This document shows positions 38,480 to 46,837 of a stretch of DNA of 64,000 bases, piece after piece. Below the pieces are notes generated by a model that was not told where the DNA came from, did no database searches, and saw nothing but the letters and a program-made list of their open reading frames with translations. The stretch comes from a virus. The stretch is taken from IMG/VR virus record IMGVR_UViG_3300020430_000009. The stretch is one strand, 5' to 3'. Each line of letters begins with the position of its first letter. Positions within the stretch are counted from its first letter, which is position 1. A program made the position numbers and the translations under genes.

Positions 38480-39836
38480 TTTAGAACAAACTGTATTAAA
38501 AAATCTTCTCACTAACGAGAAGTACATGCGAAAAGTTCTGCCCTTCATTAAGCCGGATTACTTCGAAGGCGTTTATAGAATATTGTTTAAAGAAGTTGGA
38601 AAGTTTGTCGCTAAATACAATAAACTTCCATCAGCAGAATCATTTAAGATTGAGTTAGATCAGTCTGATAAATTAACTGACGATCAATATAATATGGCTA
38701 TGGATATCGTTCCACAGCTTTTTACTAAAAACGAGTCAGATGAGCAATGGCTCATGGATACCACAGAAAAGTGGTGTCAGGACAGAGCAATATATAATGC
38801 AATCATGGAGTCTATATCGATAATTGATGGCAAACATGAAACTTTAAACAAAGGCGCATTACCAGATCTTTTAACTAAAGCTCTTGGCGTAGGATTTGAT
38901 CTTACTGTTGGTCATGATTACATAGAAAACGTAGAGGACCGATATGAGTTTTATCACAGAGACGAAGACCGTATTCCATTTGATATTGAATTTTTTAATA
39001 AAATTACCAAAGGAGGAGTTCCTAATAAAACTCTTAATATCGCTCTTGCTGGGACAGGTGTTGGTAAGTCTTTGTATATGTGCCATGTTGCTGCTAATGC
39101 ATTAACAGACGGCCGTGATGTTTTATACATTACTATGGAAATGGCTGAAGAAAGAATAGCTGAACGTATTGATGCCAATTTATTAAATGTACCAATTGAC
39201 CAGCTCGATAAATTATCAAAAGACATGTTTACTACAAAAGTAGCAGATATCGCAAGAAAGACTACTGGTAAGCTAATCATAAAAGAATATCCTACTGGTG
39301 CAGCTCATTCTGGCCACTTTAGAGCTTTATTAAATGAACTTAAACTTAAACGACAATTTGAACCAGATATAATCTTTATTGATTATTTGAATATCTGTTC
39401 AAGTTCTAGAATGAAAGGACTTGGTGGTGCAATCAATACATACTCTTACGTTAAAGCAATTGCTGAAGAGTTACGCGGCCTTGCGGTCGAGTACGACGTA
39501 CCGATCTTCTCTGCAACGCAAACGACTCGTTCTGGTTTTAGTAACTCGGATGTTGGGCTTGAAGATACGTCCGAGTCTTTTGGATTACCCGCTACCGCGG
39601 ATCTAATGTTCGCTCTTATAAGTACTGAAGAGCTAGAGCAAAAAGGCGAGATAATGGTCAAACAGCTTAAGAACAGGTATAATGATCCAACTGTACATAA
39701 AAGATTTGTCATTGGCGTAGATAGAAGTAAGATGAGACTTTTTGATGTAGAAGAAGACAGTCAAAACTTAGTAGACGATACCCCAGTGTTTGATAAGACT
39801 GATACTGGCAAAAGATTTAAAGACTTTAAACTTTAG
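38469..39836 (+). CDS. gp41: Replicative helicase
   Basis: LAGTGVGKS, ITMEMAEE, FIDYLNI, ATQTTRSG, SESFGLPATAD, KQLKNRY. Confidence 0.98.
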   Translation: MATNLEQTVLKNLLTNEKYMRKVLPFIKPDYFEGVYRILFKEVGKFVAKYNKLPSAESFKIELDQSDKLTDDQYNMAMDIVPQLFTKNESDEQWLMDTTEKWCQDRAIYNAIMESISIIDGKHETLNKGALPDLLTKALGVGFDLTVGHDYIENVEDRYEFYHRDEDRIPFDIEFFNKITKGGVPNKTLNIALAGTGVGKSLYMCHVAANALTDGRDVLYITMEMAEERIAERIDANLLNVPIDQLDKLSKDMFTTKVADIARKTTGKLIIKEYPTGAAHSGHFRALLNELKLKRQFEPDIIFIDYLNICSSSRMKGLGGAINTYSYVKAIAEELRGLAVEYDVPIFSATQTTRSGFSNSDVGLEDTSESFGLPATADLMFALISTEELEQKGEIMVKQLKNRYNDPTVHKRFVIGVDRSKMRLFDVEEDSQNLVDDTPVFDKTDTGKRFKDFKL

Positions 39837-39880
39837 GAGAAAACAATGAACGATTCAGATGATTTTGAAGGAGTCCCAGT

Positions 39881-40564
39881 ATGAAGGTCAAGCTGATAAG
39901 CTATTCAAGGCCACCTATTATAGGAGAGATAAATGAAGATCTACAAGAACTTATCGCGTATTGCGCCCGTGTATCGAACCCCTCGAACCAAAACAACAGT
40001 AAAACGTCAGAAAAGCTGTTACGTTACCTTGCCAAACACAAACACTGGTCGCCTTTCGAGATGGTTAGCGTTAACTTGGAGATAGAAACCACTAGAGATA
40101 TCGCTAGGCAGATACTCAGACACAGAAGTTTTTCTTTTCAAGAGTTCAGTCAAAGATATGCAGATCCGGTAGAAGAACTTGAATTTACTTTAAGAGAAGC
40201 AAGACTTCAAGATCAAAAAAACAGACAAAACTCGATAGCTACTACAGACGTAGATCTACAGATGGATTGGCTGAAAGAACAAAGTAAAGTTTGGAGTCAA
40301 GCTAAAAAATCTTACAAATGGGCTATTGAAAACGGAATAGCGAAAGAAGTAGCTCGAGCAGTTCTTCCGGAAGGCTTGACACAGTCACGCCTCTACGTTC
40401 ACGGAACTATTAGATCGTGGATACATTTTATAGAATTAAGATCAGCAAATGGCACGCAAAAAGAAAGTATTGAAATAGCTCAAGCGTGCGCAGCAGTAAT
40501 TGGAGATATATTTCCACTCATAAAGGAGTATTGCCATGAGCCAACAAGTAGTTTACATAAATAA
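39881..40564 (+). CDS. thyX: Flavin-dependent thymidylate synthase
   Basis: HWSPFE, RQILRHRSFSFQEFSQRY, EVARAVLP. Confidence 0.96.
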   Translation: MKVKLISYSRPPIIGEINEDLQELIAYCARVSNPSNQNNSKTSEKLLRYLAKHKHWSPFEMVSVNLEIETTRDIARQILRHRSFSFQEFSQRYADPVEELEFTLREARLQDQKNRQNSIATTDVDLQMDWLKEQSKVWSQAKKSYKWAIENGIAKEVARAVLPEGLTQSRLYVHGTIRSWIHFIELRSANGTQKESIEIAQACAAVIGDIFPLIKEYCHEPTSSLHK

Positions 40565-40691
40565 AGAAAGATTTTATTGTGACGGAGGAGACGAATTAGG
40601 TCATCCAAGAGTCTACTACACTATGGTTAATGGTGAAGCAGTTTGTGGTTACTGTAATATAAAATACGTATTGGAAAAAGATGATGAATAA
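40536..40691 (+). CDS. zf-CHCC zinc-finger protein (51 aa, not in ORF track)
   Basis: MSQQVVYINKERFYCDGGDELGHPRVYYTMVNGEAVCGYCNIKY; AAGGAG SD upstream. Confidence 0.8.
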   Translation: MSQQVVYINKERFYCDGGDELGHPRVYYTMVNGEAVCGYCNIKYVLEKDDE

Positions 40692-40890
40692 TTATACGCA
40701 AGATATGACTGGCTTAGGTACGCACGTTACTCTACCTGATCCGCCAGAATGGCCAAAGACATACACAGTTGATGGTAAAACTATAACTATACAAGACCCA
40801 GGTCCAGAACCGGCTCGATACTACGACTGGATGTTATGGAAATTAAGACAAGATCCTAATTGGGTGGCTATGATGAATAGTGATAAGTGA
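40681..40890 (+). CDS. Hypothetical protein
   Basis: Coupled overlap with the upstream ORF. Confidence 0.5.
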   Translation: MMNNYTQDMTGLGTHVTLPDPPEWPKTYTVDGKTITIQDPGPEPARYYDWMLWKLRQDPNWVAMMNSDK

Positions 40891-40948
40891 TTTTTTTTCA
40901 CTTTGAGGTGATTTTTTTGTTTACAAAGCCTTTTTTTTATGGTATAAT
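40889..40948 (+). promoter_or_regulatory. Early promoter with upstream TCAC-N6-GTGA dyad
   Basis: TTCACtttgagGTGAT, TTTACA(40920)-N17-TATAAT(40943). Confidence 0.8.
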
Positions 40949-40983
40949 ATACTTATAAAATAAAAAATTAAGGAGTTGAAGAA

Positions 40984-41265
40984 ATGAAAAAGTTAGTTTT
41001 AAAAAATTTAGGTAAACTAATCGTTGAAACTGCAAATGAAGCTAAGTCTGATTGGGCCATAAAGGAAGATATGGCTGATATGTACAAGGCTGATTGGATG
41101 GATTACGTTAAAGTAAGTGACTTAATCGTATGTGGAAAAACTCACACCGCTATGAAAAAGCTTCAGTACATGGACACTCTTCCAAGAGACAACGCAATCA
41201 TAGCAATCGCAAAGGACTTAGGTAGTAAGTGGGTCCTTGAAAATCTTAACTATCACGTAGCATAA
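40984..41265 (+). CDS. Hypothetical early protein
   Basis: AAGGAG SD after promoter. Confidence 0.65.
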   Translation: MKKLVLKNLGKLIVETANEAKSDWAIKEDMADMYKADWMDYVKVSDLIVCGKTHTAMKKLQYMDTLPRDNAIIAIAKDLGSKWVLENLNYHVA

Positions 41266-41279
41266 AGAAGGAGTATATT

Positions 41280-41504
41280 ATGGGTAAGTTGAAAAATCAC
41301 ATGATGGATGTACAAGAGCAGGTCTTAGATAGCACTGATCTTGAAAATATAATAACAGAGTCTGATACTGTTGAGCAGGCTCAAAATGTAGTAGCTGGTC
41401 TTATGGCTCATCTAAACAGCTTTGATTTAGATATAGCTAAAGATTACGTAGCTGAATGTTGGAACGAGCTTTGGGGCAACGTTCACGGCGGGCCTTATGG
41501 TTAA
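41280..41504 (+). CDS. Hypothetical protein
   Basis: AAGGAG SD; MGKLKNHMMD start. Confidence 0.6.
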   Translation: MGKLKNHMMDVQEQVLDSTDLENIITESDTVEQAQNVVAGLMAHLNSFDLDIAKDYVAECWNELWGNVHGGPYG

Positions 41505-42054
41505 GACTACATCGTTGGTAAAAGGTGGCATTGCTACCTTAGTAATGCTTGGTGGATTAGCGTTTTGCGGTACACCAGCTCCAGCGTACGAGGCCAGAGC
41601 CGGCTCAGTACATTTATCGATACCTGAACAAAGATGTCTAGCTGACAATATATATTGGGAAGCTCGAAATCAACCTCCAAAGGGTATGATGGCTGTGGCC
41701 ATGGTTACTCGTAATAGAGTTGAAGATAATCGTTATCCTCACTCTTATTGTGAAGTTGTAACGCAAGGTCCTACCAAACCATCTTGGAAAGATCCAAATG
41801 TTTGGTACCCAGTAAGACATAGATGTCAGTTCAGTTGGTTTTGCGATGGCAAGGGCGATAAGATTCCTAGCGTAGACAGAGATCTATACAACTTTATAAA
41901 AATGATAGCTTTTAAAATTTACCATGGAGAAATGGAAGATTTTACCGAAGGCGCAACGCATTATCATGCAGAATACGTAAAGCCAGAATGGGCTGCCACT
42001 AAAACTATGACAATGAAAATTGGCGAGCATATATTTTATAGGTGGGAAAAGTAA
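41497..42054 (+). CDS. Cell-wall hydrolase, SleB/Hydrolase_2 family
   Basis: CLADNIYWEAR, AVAMVTRNRV, CQFSWFCDG, GATHYHA, IGEHIFY; N-terminal TM helix. Confidence 0.9.
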   Translation: MVKTTSLVKGGIATLVMLGGLAFCGTPAPAYEARAGSVHLSIPEQRCLADNIYWEARNQPPKGMMAVAMVTRNRVEDNRYPHSYCEVVTQGPTKPSWKDPNVWYPVRHRCQFSWFCDGKGDKIPSVDRDLYNFIKMIAFKIYHGEMEDFTEGATHYHAEYVKPEWAATKTMTMKIGEHIFYRWEK

Positions 42055-42206
42055 TGGAAAAAGGATGGTGGGAGCATTACTGTTATGTAGAAAAAGACAT
42101 AATGGGATTTCAAAAAGGTGTTGAGTGTGATTGGTGTGGCATGAAAGAACCTATAAAAATAGTAGTAAGAAACGATGAACAAGGAGAAGACGAATGCGAA
42201 GACTAA
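42054..42206 (+). CDS. Small Cys/His-containing protein (50 aa)
   Basis: MEKGWWEHYCYVEKD...ECDWCG; coupled TAATG start. Confidence 0.5.
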   Translation: MEKGWWEHYCYVEKDIMGFQKGVECDWCGMKEPIKIVVRNDEQGEDECED

Positions 42207-42565
42207 TATATGAAGGATGGGAAGGTGTCATGAATCATGAGTACAATCCTCTAAGACACATTCCAGATTTACAAACTAGGCATCTCATAATGCAGATACT
42301 CGCATGGATGTGGTGTATGATATTTTCATTTTATCTTGGTAGCTATATAGTTTTCGGTATTTCTGCAGTCGCGCACGTTATATTTTTAGCAGGCATAGCA
42401 GTGACTGTAGCTACGTTTGAAACTGCAAAGCGTAGTCCAAATTTCTTTTTAAGAATGGAACAAGGTACAAACGGCTATCATACTCCAAGTAGAACTAGAC
42501 ATATGTATTATAATGGAAAAAGAATTGAATTAGATAAAAATGATCCAGGGGGAGAACACGAGTGA
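42194..42565 (+). CDS. Hypothetical membrane protein
   Basis: NPLRHIPDLQTRHLIMQILAWMWC followed by a hydrophobic segment. Confidence 0.65.
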   Translation: MRRLIYEGWEGVMNHEYNPLRHIPDLQTRHLIMQILAWMWCMIFSFYLGSYIVFGISAVAHVIFLAGIAVTVATFETAKRSPNFFLRMEQGTNGYHTPSRTRHMYYNGKRIELDKNDPGGEHE

Positions 42566-42747
42566 GCACTTTTAATAATGATGATTTGATGGACAAACTA
42601 AGAGAGTTACAAACACAAATAGATAATATAGAAACTAAAGTAGAAAGCCTAGATGATAAACTTCAAAAGCATATTAAATTTATTGACAAGACCTACGAAG
42701 GTCTTAGAAACCCAATCGCAACAGCAACAAAATTCTTTAGAAGATAG
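42562..42747 (+). CDS. Small coiled-coil protein
   Basis: Heptad-rich 61 aa ORF, GTG start overlapping previous stop. Confidence 0.5.
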   Translation: MSTFNNDDLMDKLRELQTQIDNIETKVESLDDKLQKHIKFIDKTYEGLRNPIATATKFFRR

Positions 42748-42879
42748 CACTGAAGTCATGGTAGCCAAAGGAGTGGTTGAGCTTCACGCGTGGTCTATTG
42801 AAAAAGGAAAGATACACGAAAATAACGGTACAGTTGTTGATTGGATAAATAACGCAAAGCAAATAATAAAGGAAGCAAA

Positions 42880-43638
42880 GTGAAAATTGTAATTGCAGGT
42901 TATGGTTACGTTGGGAAGGCAGTAGAAGCTGCTCTTAAAAGTTACCACGAAGTTAGAGTAGTGGATCCAGCTATTAACAATGACACCATCACCAGTAAAG
43001 TATATGACGCATTGATTATATGCGTATCGACACCAGAAGGACTAGATGGCTGGTGTAACATGCAAAACGTGTACGATGTCATAAAGCAGTCAACGTACAA
43101 ACCTATTTTAATAAAAAGTACTATCAGCCTAGAAGGTTGGAAACACTTGGCTGAAGAAGTACCAGAAAAAGATATATCGTTTTCCCCTGAGTTCTTAAGG
43201 GCCAACACGGCCCTTGAGGATTTTTCTAAGCAGAAGACGATGTACATTAGTGAAAATAACTTTGACTTTTGGGCTCAAATATTTAGAGAAGCTTTTCCGG
43301 ATATAAGTTTTAAAACTGCTCCGACAGAAGAACTTATATTGACAAAGTATTTAAGGAATAGCTTTTTAGCTCTTAAAGTTGCATACTTTAACCAAGTCAA
43401 AGATCTGTGTGATGCCACTTTTACAGACTTCGAGACAGTAAGAAGATATGTTACCGATGACAAAAGAATTGGTGATGGTCATTCTTACGTTACAGAAGAA
43501 AAAGGATTCGGTGGACACTGTTTTCCAAAAGACACCGCTGCTATCTTAAACTCAGCCAGAGAAGTTGGTGAAGAGTTTAGTATTTTAAGAAAAGCAGTTT
43601 CATATAACAGGAGTATAAGGAGTGGTATACGTGAGTAG
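42880..43638 (+). CDS. ugd: UDP-glucose/GDP-mannose dehydrogenase family protein (short form)
   Basis: GYGYVG, CVSTP, KST, SPEFLR, KYLRNSFLALKV, GFGGHCFPKD; lacks the usual C-terminal domain. Confidence 0.85.
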   Translation: MKIVIAGYGYVGKAVEAALKSYHEVRVVDPAINNDTITSKVYDALIICVSTPEGLDGWCNMQNVYDVIKQSTYKPILIKSTISLEGWKHLAEEVPEKDISFSPEFLRANTALEDFSKQKTMYISENNFDFWAQIFREAFPDISFKTAPTEELILTKYLRNSFLALKVAYFNQVKDLCDATFTDFETVRRYVTDDKRIGDGHSYVTEEKGFGGHCFPKDTAAILNSAREVGEEFSILRKAVSYNRSIRSGIRE

Positions 43639-44005
43639 TATAGTTGATGATGTTTTAAATTTTAATATGAGAAAAGAAAAAAAGATTGCACGCAAAGAAG
43701 TGGCAGAAGCCATGGAAAAAGTAGTGAAAAGAATACCATATAAGTTTCAAGAAGACAGGTCGATCAAAGAGCTGTTGGAACATATTAACAATACGTATGA
43801 TAGCCACTATTCAAAAGAGAAGTTTCAAGCCACAGAGTTTATAATCGACGGTGGGCATGGTACAGGATTTTGTATTGGAAACATTTTGAAGTACGCTCAA
43901 AGATACGGTAAAAAAGGTACTAGAGAAGAAGCTAGAAAAGATCTATTAAAGATCTTACATTACGCTGTTATTCAACTTTACGTACATGATACTAATAAAG
44001 AGTAG
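43622..44005 (+). CDS. DUF3310/SaV-like protein
   Basis: HYS...FCIGNILKYAQRYGKK...DLLKILHY. Confidence 0.7.
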   Translation: MVYVSSIVDDVLNFNMRKEKKIARKEVAEAMEKVVKRIPYKFQEDRSIKELLEHINNTYDSHYSKEKFQATEFIIDGGHGTGFCIGNILKYAQRYGKKGTREEARKDLLKILHYAVIQLYVHDTNKE

Positions 44006-44210
44006 GCGTTTTTTCGTTAATATAAACTGGTTTACAATATGCGGTAGCTCTATGCTCTTCAGGAACTAAGTAGTTGTGAGTATAGTTACCGTATCTTTGT
44101 ACTATTTTTGATGCAAAATAATTACAATCGTTGATATTGCGAAAGTACATTGGTTGGCCACCTTGCTTAACATCACCAAGCAAAAACACTAATAAAAAAG
44201 CGTGAATCAA
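43992..44210 (-). CDS. Hypothetical secreted protein
   Basis: Hydrophobic N-terminus, two Cys; last gene of a late minus-strand operon. Confidence 0.55.
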   Translation of the reverse strand: MIHAFLLVFLLGDVKQGGQPMYFRNINDCNYFASKIVQRYGNYTHNYLVPEEHRATAYCKPVYINEKTPTLY

Positions 44211-44329
44211 TCTTCTTCCTTACACTCACAAGTATAACATACATCATTTGAACAGTTAGGGCATTCTGGCGAATAGCAATGACATCTACATTTACATTTA
44301 TTACAGTATCTTTCTGGACTACCTGACAT
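44207..44329 (-). CDS. 40-aa Cys-rich metallothionein-like peptide (not in ORF track)
   Basis: MSGSPERYCNKCKCRCHCYSPECPNCSNDVCYTCECKEED: 10 Cys and 1 His; coupled at both ends (TAATG, TTGA). Confidence 0.7.
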   Translation of the reverse strand: MSGSPERYCNKCKCRCHCYSPECPNCSNDVCYTCECKEED

Positions 44330-44697
44330 TACTTGTTACCTTTCTTTATTGAATTAAGACTGTTGATTATGTCGTCAATATTTGGTTCTTTAGTCCATGG
44401 GTTATATATACACCGATATTTAGCTGGACAGTTATCTTCATACATTAAAGTGTAAGTCTTATTGCCTCCACGATAAACGCATGCTTGTCTACCGGTAATC
44501 CTTGACTTTAATCTTTTCATGAGTCGGCAAGTGGTGTACTTTTTCTTTTTGTCGCCAAGGCCTCTGTTTATTTTTTGCTGATTAGTATATGGTTTCTTTT
44601 GTCCGTACTTACGGTCTTGTGGTTCGTAGATCTTACCTCCAGCGTGAGCCATTATAGTATAAGCAAAAAAGAGAAATGTACCTATCCATAATTTCAA
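44329..44697 (-). CDS. Hypothetical secreted Cys-containing protein
   Basis: Signal peptide; C..C.Y...CP..Y.C.YNP. Confidence 0.6.
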   Translation of the reverse strand: MKLWIGTFLFFAYTIMAHAGGKIYEPQDRKYGQKKPYTNQQKINRGLGDKKKKYTTCRLMKRLKSRITGRQACVYRGGNKTYTLMYEDNCPAKYRCIYNPWTKEPNIDDIINSLNSIKKGNK

Positions 44698-45186
44698 TTA
44701 TAGTACGCCTCTTGTTTCTAAAGCCAGTACTAGTAACCAGAATAAAAAGCCACCTACAACGGCGATACCGATAGTTATCGCTGTCCACTCTACAACTTTT
44801 CTTCTGTACTCTTGTTGATCATATATTGCTTTTTGTCTCTTCTTTCGAATATCTGCTTCTGTTTTAAGCAGTTCGTCCCATGCACTTGGACCTCTGGTAA
44901 GAGTAATAAGCTGACGTAACTGATTCCGCATATCTTCGGCTTTCTTCTTAGCCATAAAGACTTGCATAGCTTCTTCCTCGACAGATCCAGCTGCGAATAA
45001 TTTTTTAAATAGCGGAGGTTTTTTAGTATATTCTTCTGCCTTCTTAATGTCACTGACAGCGCCCATCCATCTTCCAAGATCTTTTGACATGCCTTCAATG
45101 TCGCGTCCAGCGGCGAATCCAGCTTTGATAGCGTTGAAAGCTCCTGTCGCAATGCTTATTGCGGCACCTACTTCTATCATATTCAA
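44698..45186 (-). CDS. Hypothetical membrane protein
   Basis: Amphipathic N-terminus, coiled coil, C-terminal TM; SD AGGAG and late promoter upstream. Confidence 0.65.
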   Translation of the reverse strand: MNMIEVGAAISIATGAFNAIKAGFAAGRDIEGMSKDLGRWMGAVSDIKKAEEYTKKPPLFKKLFAAGSVEEEAMQVFMAKKKAEDMRNQLRQLITLTRGPSAWDELLKTEADIRKKRQKAIYDQQEYRRKVVEWTAITIGIAVVGGFLFWLLVLALETRGVL

Positions 45187-45203
45187 CTCCTCTTCTTCAT
45201 TAC

Positions 45204-45211
45204 TATTTATA
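45204..45211 (-). promoter_or_regulatory. T4-type late promoter (minus strand)
   Basis: Plus-strand TATTTATA = TATAAATA. Confidence 0.75.
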
Positions 45212-45221
45212 AAAATAATCG

Positions 45222-45250
45222 TTTACATTCAATAATTTTTGTGGTATAAT
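45222..45250 (+). promoter_or_regulatory. Sigma70-like promoter of tmRNA/tRNA-Cys/radical SAM unit
   Basis: TTTACA-N17-TATAAT. Confidence 0.8.
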
Positions 45251-45256
45251 ATATAG

Positions 45257-45517
45257 TATATAGCGATGAAACTGCGTAAAAAATAGACTGGACCCGGGGG
45301 CGGTACCCGGCGCCTCCACCAAAATACTGTTATCGAGTTTTTTTATGGGGGCGAAATAGGATCGACAGGTATTGAATAGCAAAGTGGAGCTGTCCGGCGG
45401 AAGCTCGGTTAACGCAACGTTCAACTAAACGCAAACGATAACTTTGCACCTCAGGAGTTCGCGCAAGCCGCGTAATTCCTATGCGCCCGGAGAGAGCGTG
45501 GAAACAGAATCTCTCCA
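45257..45517 (+). ncRNA. ssrA: Circularly permuted (two-piece) tmRNA, alphaproteobacterial type
   Basis: T-arm CCGGG-GGCGGTA-CCCGG and CGCCTCC-A-CCA (ends 45321), 25-nt spacer, then GGGGGCGAAATAGGATCGAC (45347); 7-bp acceptor with G3.U70; tag 45431-45475 ANDNFAPQEFAQAA*. Outer ends approximate. Confidence 0.93.
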
Positions 45518-45521
45518 CTAT

Positions 45522-45595
45522 GAGGGTATGGCAGAGTGGCTATGCGATGGACTGCAAATCCATTTACCTTGGTTCGATTCCAAGTATCCTCTCCA
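45522..45595 (+). tRNA. tRNA-Cys(GCA)
   Basis: GAGGGTA/TATCCTC acceptor, ATGGA-CTGCAAA-TCCAT, GGTTCGATTCC, encoded CCA. Confidence 0.95.
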
Positions 45596-45610
45596 AATTT
45601 AAGGAAACAA

Positions 45611-46837
45611 ATGTTAATATCAAAACACTTTTGCCCGCAGCCGTTTGTATACATTTATCCTAATCATGATGGCTCTTGGAAACCATGCTGTAAGGCTGGA
45701 ACTTATCCAAAGAAAAATATGTCATTTGACGAATGGTGGTATGAAGATCAAGATTTGAATGATCTGAGAAAAGCACTACTTAGCGACGAGTGGAGTCGAC
45801 CATTGGAAGATGTGTGCGGCCCTTGTTTTGGACCAGAGTCTCGAGGTGTAAAATCATACAGACAATTTCAAGTAGAGACTTGGTCAGAGCCTCTAGCAAA
45901 GGGAAAGATAGAAAGACTAATATCTTTTTTTAAACATACTGGAGAAGTTCAAGCTGGCGAAAGGATGTTTATCGTACAAGTTAAAGGAATTGGAAACCAA
46001 TGTAACTTAAAATGTTATATGTGTGCCCCACATAACTCTACGAGCAGAACCACAGAACTACTCAAAGGCACTGAAGAAACTGCAGAATTATTTTATAAAG
46101 GCAAAGGGATGTCTAGGCTTATTTTTAATAAGACTGCGTATCTAAATACAGATTCTGAGAAGAAACAGTTATTTGACGTTATAGAAGAGCTAGGTCCATA
46201 TATAAAAAAATTAAACTTTAGTGGTGGTGAACCTGCGATGATAGGAAACTACTATGATTTGATGGATAAGATTATAGAAACTGGAAACAGTAAACATATA
46301 CAGATATTCATGAACAGTAACTTAACTAGATTAAATCTAAAAAACAGAAGTATGGCAGACTATTTTCCACGTTTTGATCGTTTTGATATTCAAGCTTCTG
46401 TCGACGACATATTTGAAAGAGATGAATACATCAGATATCCATCTAAGTTTAAAAAAGTTTTAGAAAATTATCAATATTTAAACAGCATAAATAACGTTAA
46501 CATGTCTATTAACGTGACGTGGTCGTTACTTAACGCCGCCAACGCTGAAAACATATGCGACTTTTTTACTGAAAATAAATATAGAATAAGTAGGATGACA
46601 AATTTTGTAAGTAATCCAATTGAATTACACGTAAAAAATCACCCACTTAAAGATGAGTTAATGGAAAGGTTTAAAGAGTCAAAGTACAGAACAGTACGAG
46701 AGGTAGCTTTAGAAATGAACGATGAGTATAACGAATTAGAATTTTTTAAGGCAGTGGCATACATAAAGGATTTAGACAGAATTAGAAACACACAAAGTTG
46801 GAAGGTATTTCCAGAGCTATCTAATTGGTTGAAATGA
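45611..46837 (+). CDS. Radical SAM protein with N-terminal SPASM/twitch-like Cys domain
   Basis: FCPQPF...KPCC...CGPC; CNLKCYMC; FSGGEP; MNSNLT. Start reset to 45611 because the longer ORF overlaps tRNA-Cys. Confidence 0.9.
   Translation: MLISKHFCPQPFVYIYPNHDGSWKPCCKAGTYPKKNMSFDEWWYEDQDLNDLRKALLSDEWSRPLEDVCGPCFGPESRGVKSYRQFQVETWSEPLAKGKIERLISFFKHTGEVQAGERMFIVQVKGIGNQCNLKCYMCAPHNSTSRTTELLKGTEETAELFYKGKGMSRLIFNKTAYLNTDSEKKQLFDVIEELGPYIKKLNFSGGEPAMIGNYYDLMDKIIETGNSKHIQIFMNSNLTRLNLKNRSMADYFPRFDRFDIQASVDDIFERDEYIRYPSKFKKVLENYQYLNSINNVNMSINVTWSLLNAANAENICDFFTENKYRISRMTNFVSNPIELHVKNHPLKDELMERFKESKYRTVREVALEMNDEYNELEFFKAVAYIKDLDRIRNTQSWKVFPELSNWLK

Noticed and set aside
1023-39712. Many short minus-strand or alternate-frame ORFs over core genes (e.g. 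2409..2774, 14229..14675, 26856..27263, 38954..39280)
   Set aside because: They are shadows of well-supported T4 genes, lack SDs and show no motifs.
42653-42883. ORF 42653..42883(+)
   Set aside because: It largely overlaps 42562..42747 in another frame; a shorter downstream start (about 42760) may be real but has no supporting motif.
40891-43000. Cyanobacterial host inferred from cyanophage-like core genes
   Set aside because: No photosynthesis genes occur in the window; the tmRNA tag, ROSE element, pseudoazurin, BMP and zf-CHCC point to Alphaproteobacteria. Genes outside the window could revise this.
45489-45517. GGAGAGA/TCTCTCC minihelix as a separate tRNA-like gene
   Set aside because: Too short, followed by ACTA rather than ACCA; more simply the 3' hairpin of the tmRNA coding piece.
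45330-45663. ORFs 45330..45518(-), 45451..45654(-), 45481..45663(+) and the 5' extension of 45536
   Set aside because: They overlap tmRNA and tRNA-Cys; the radical SAM gene starts at 45611.
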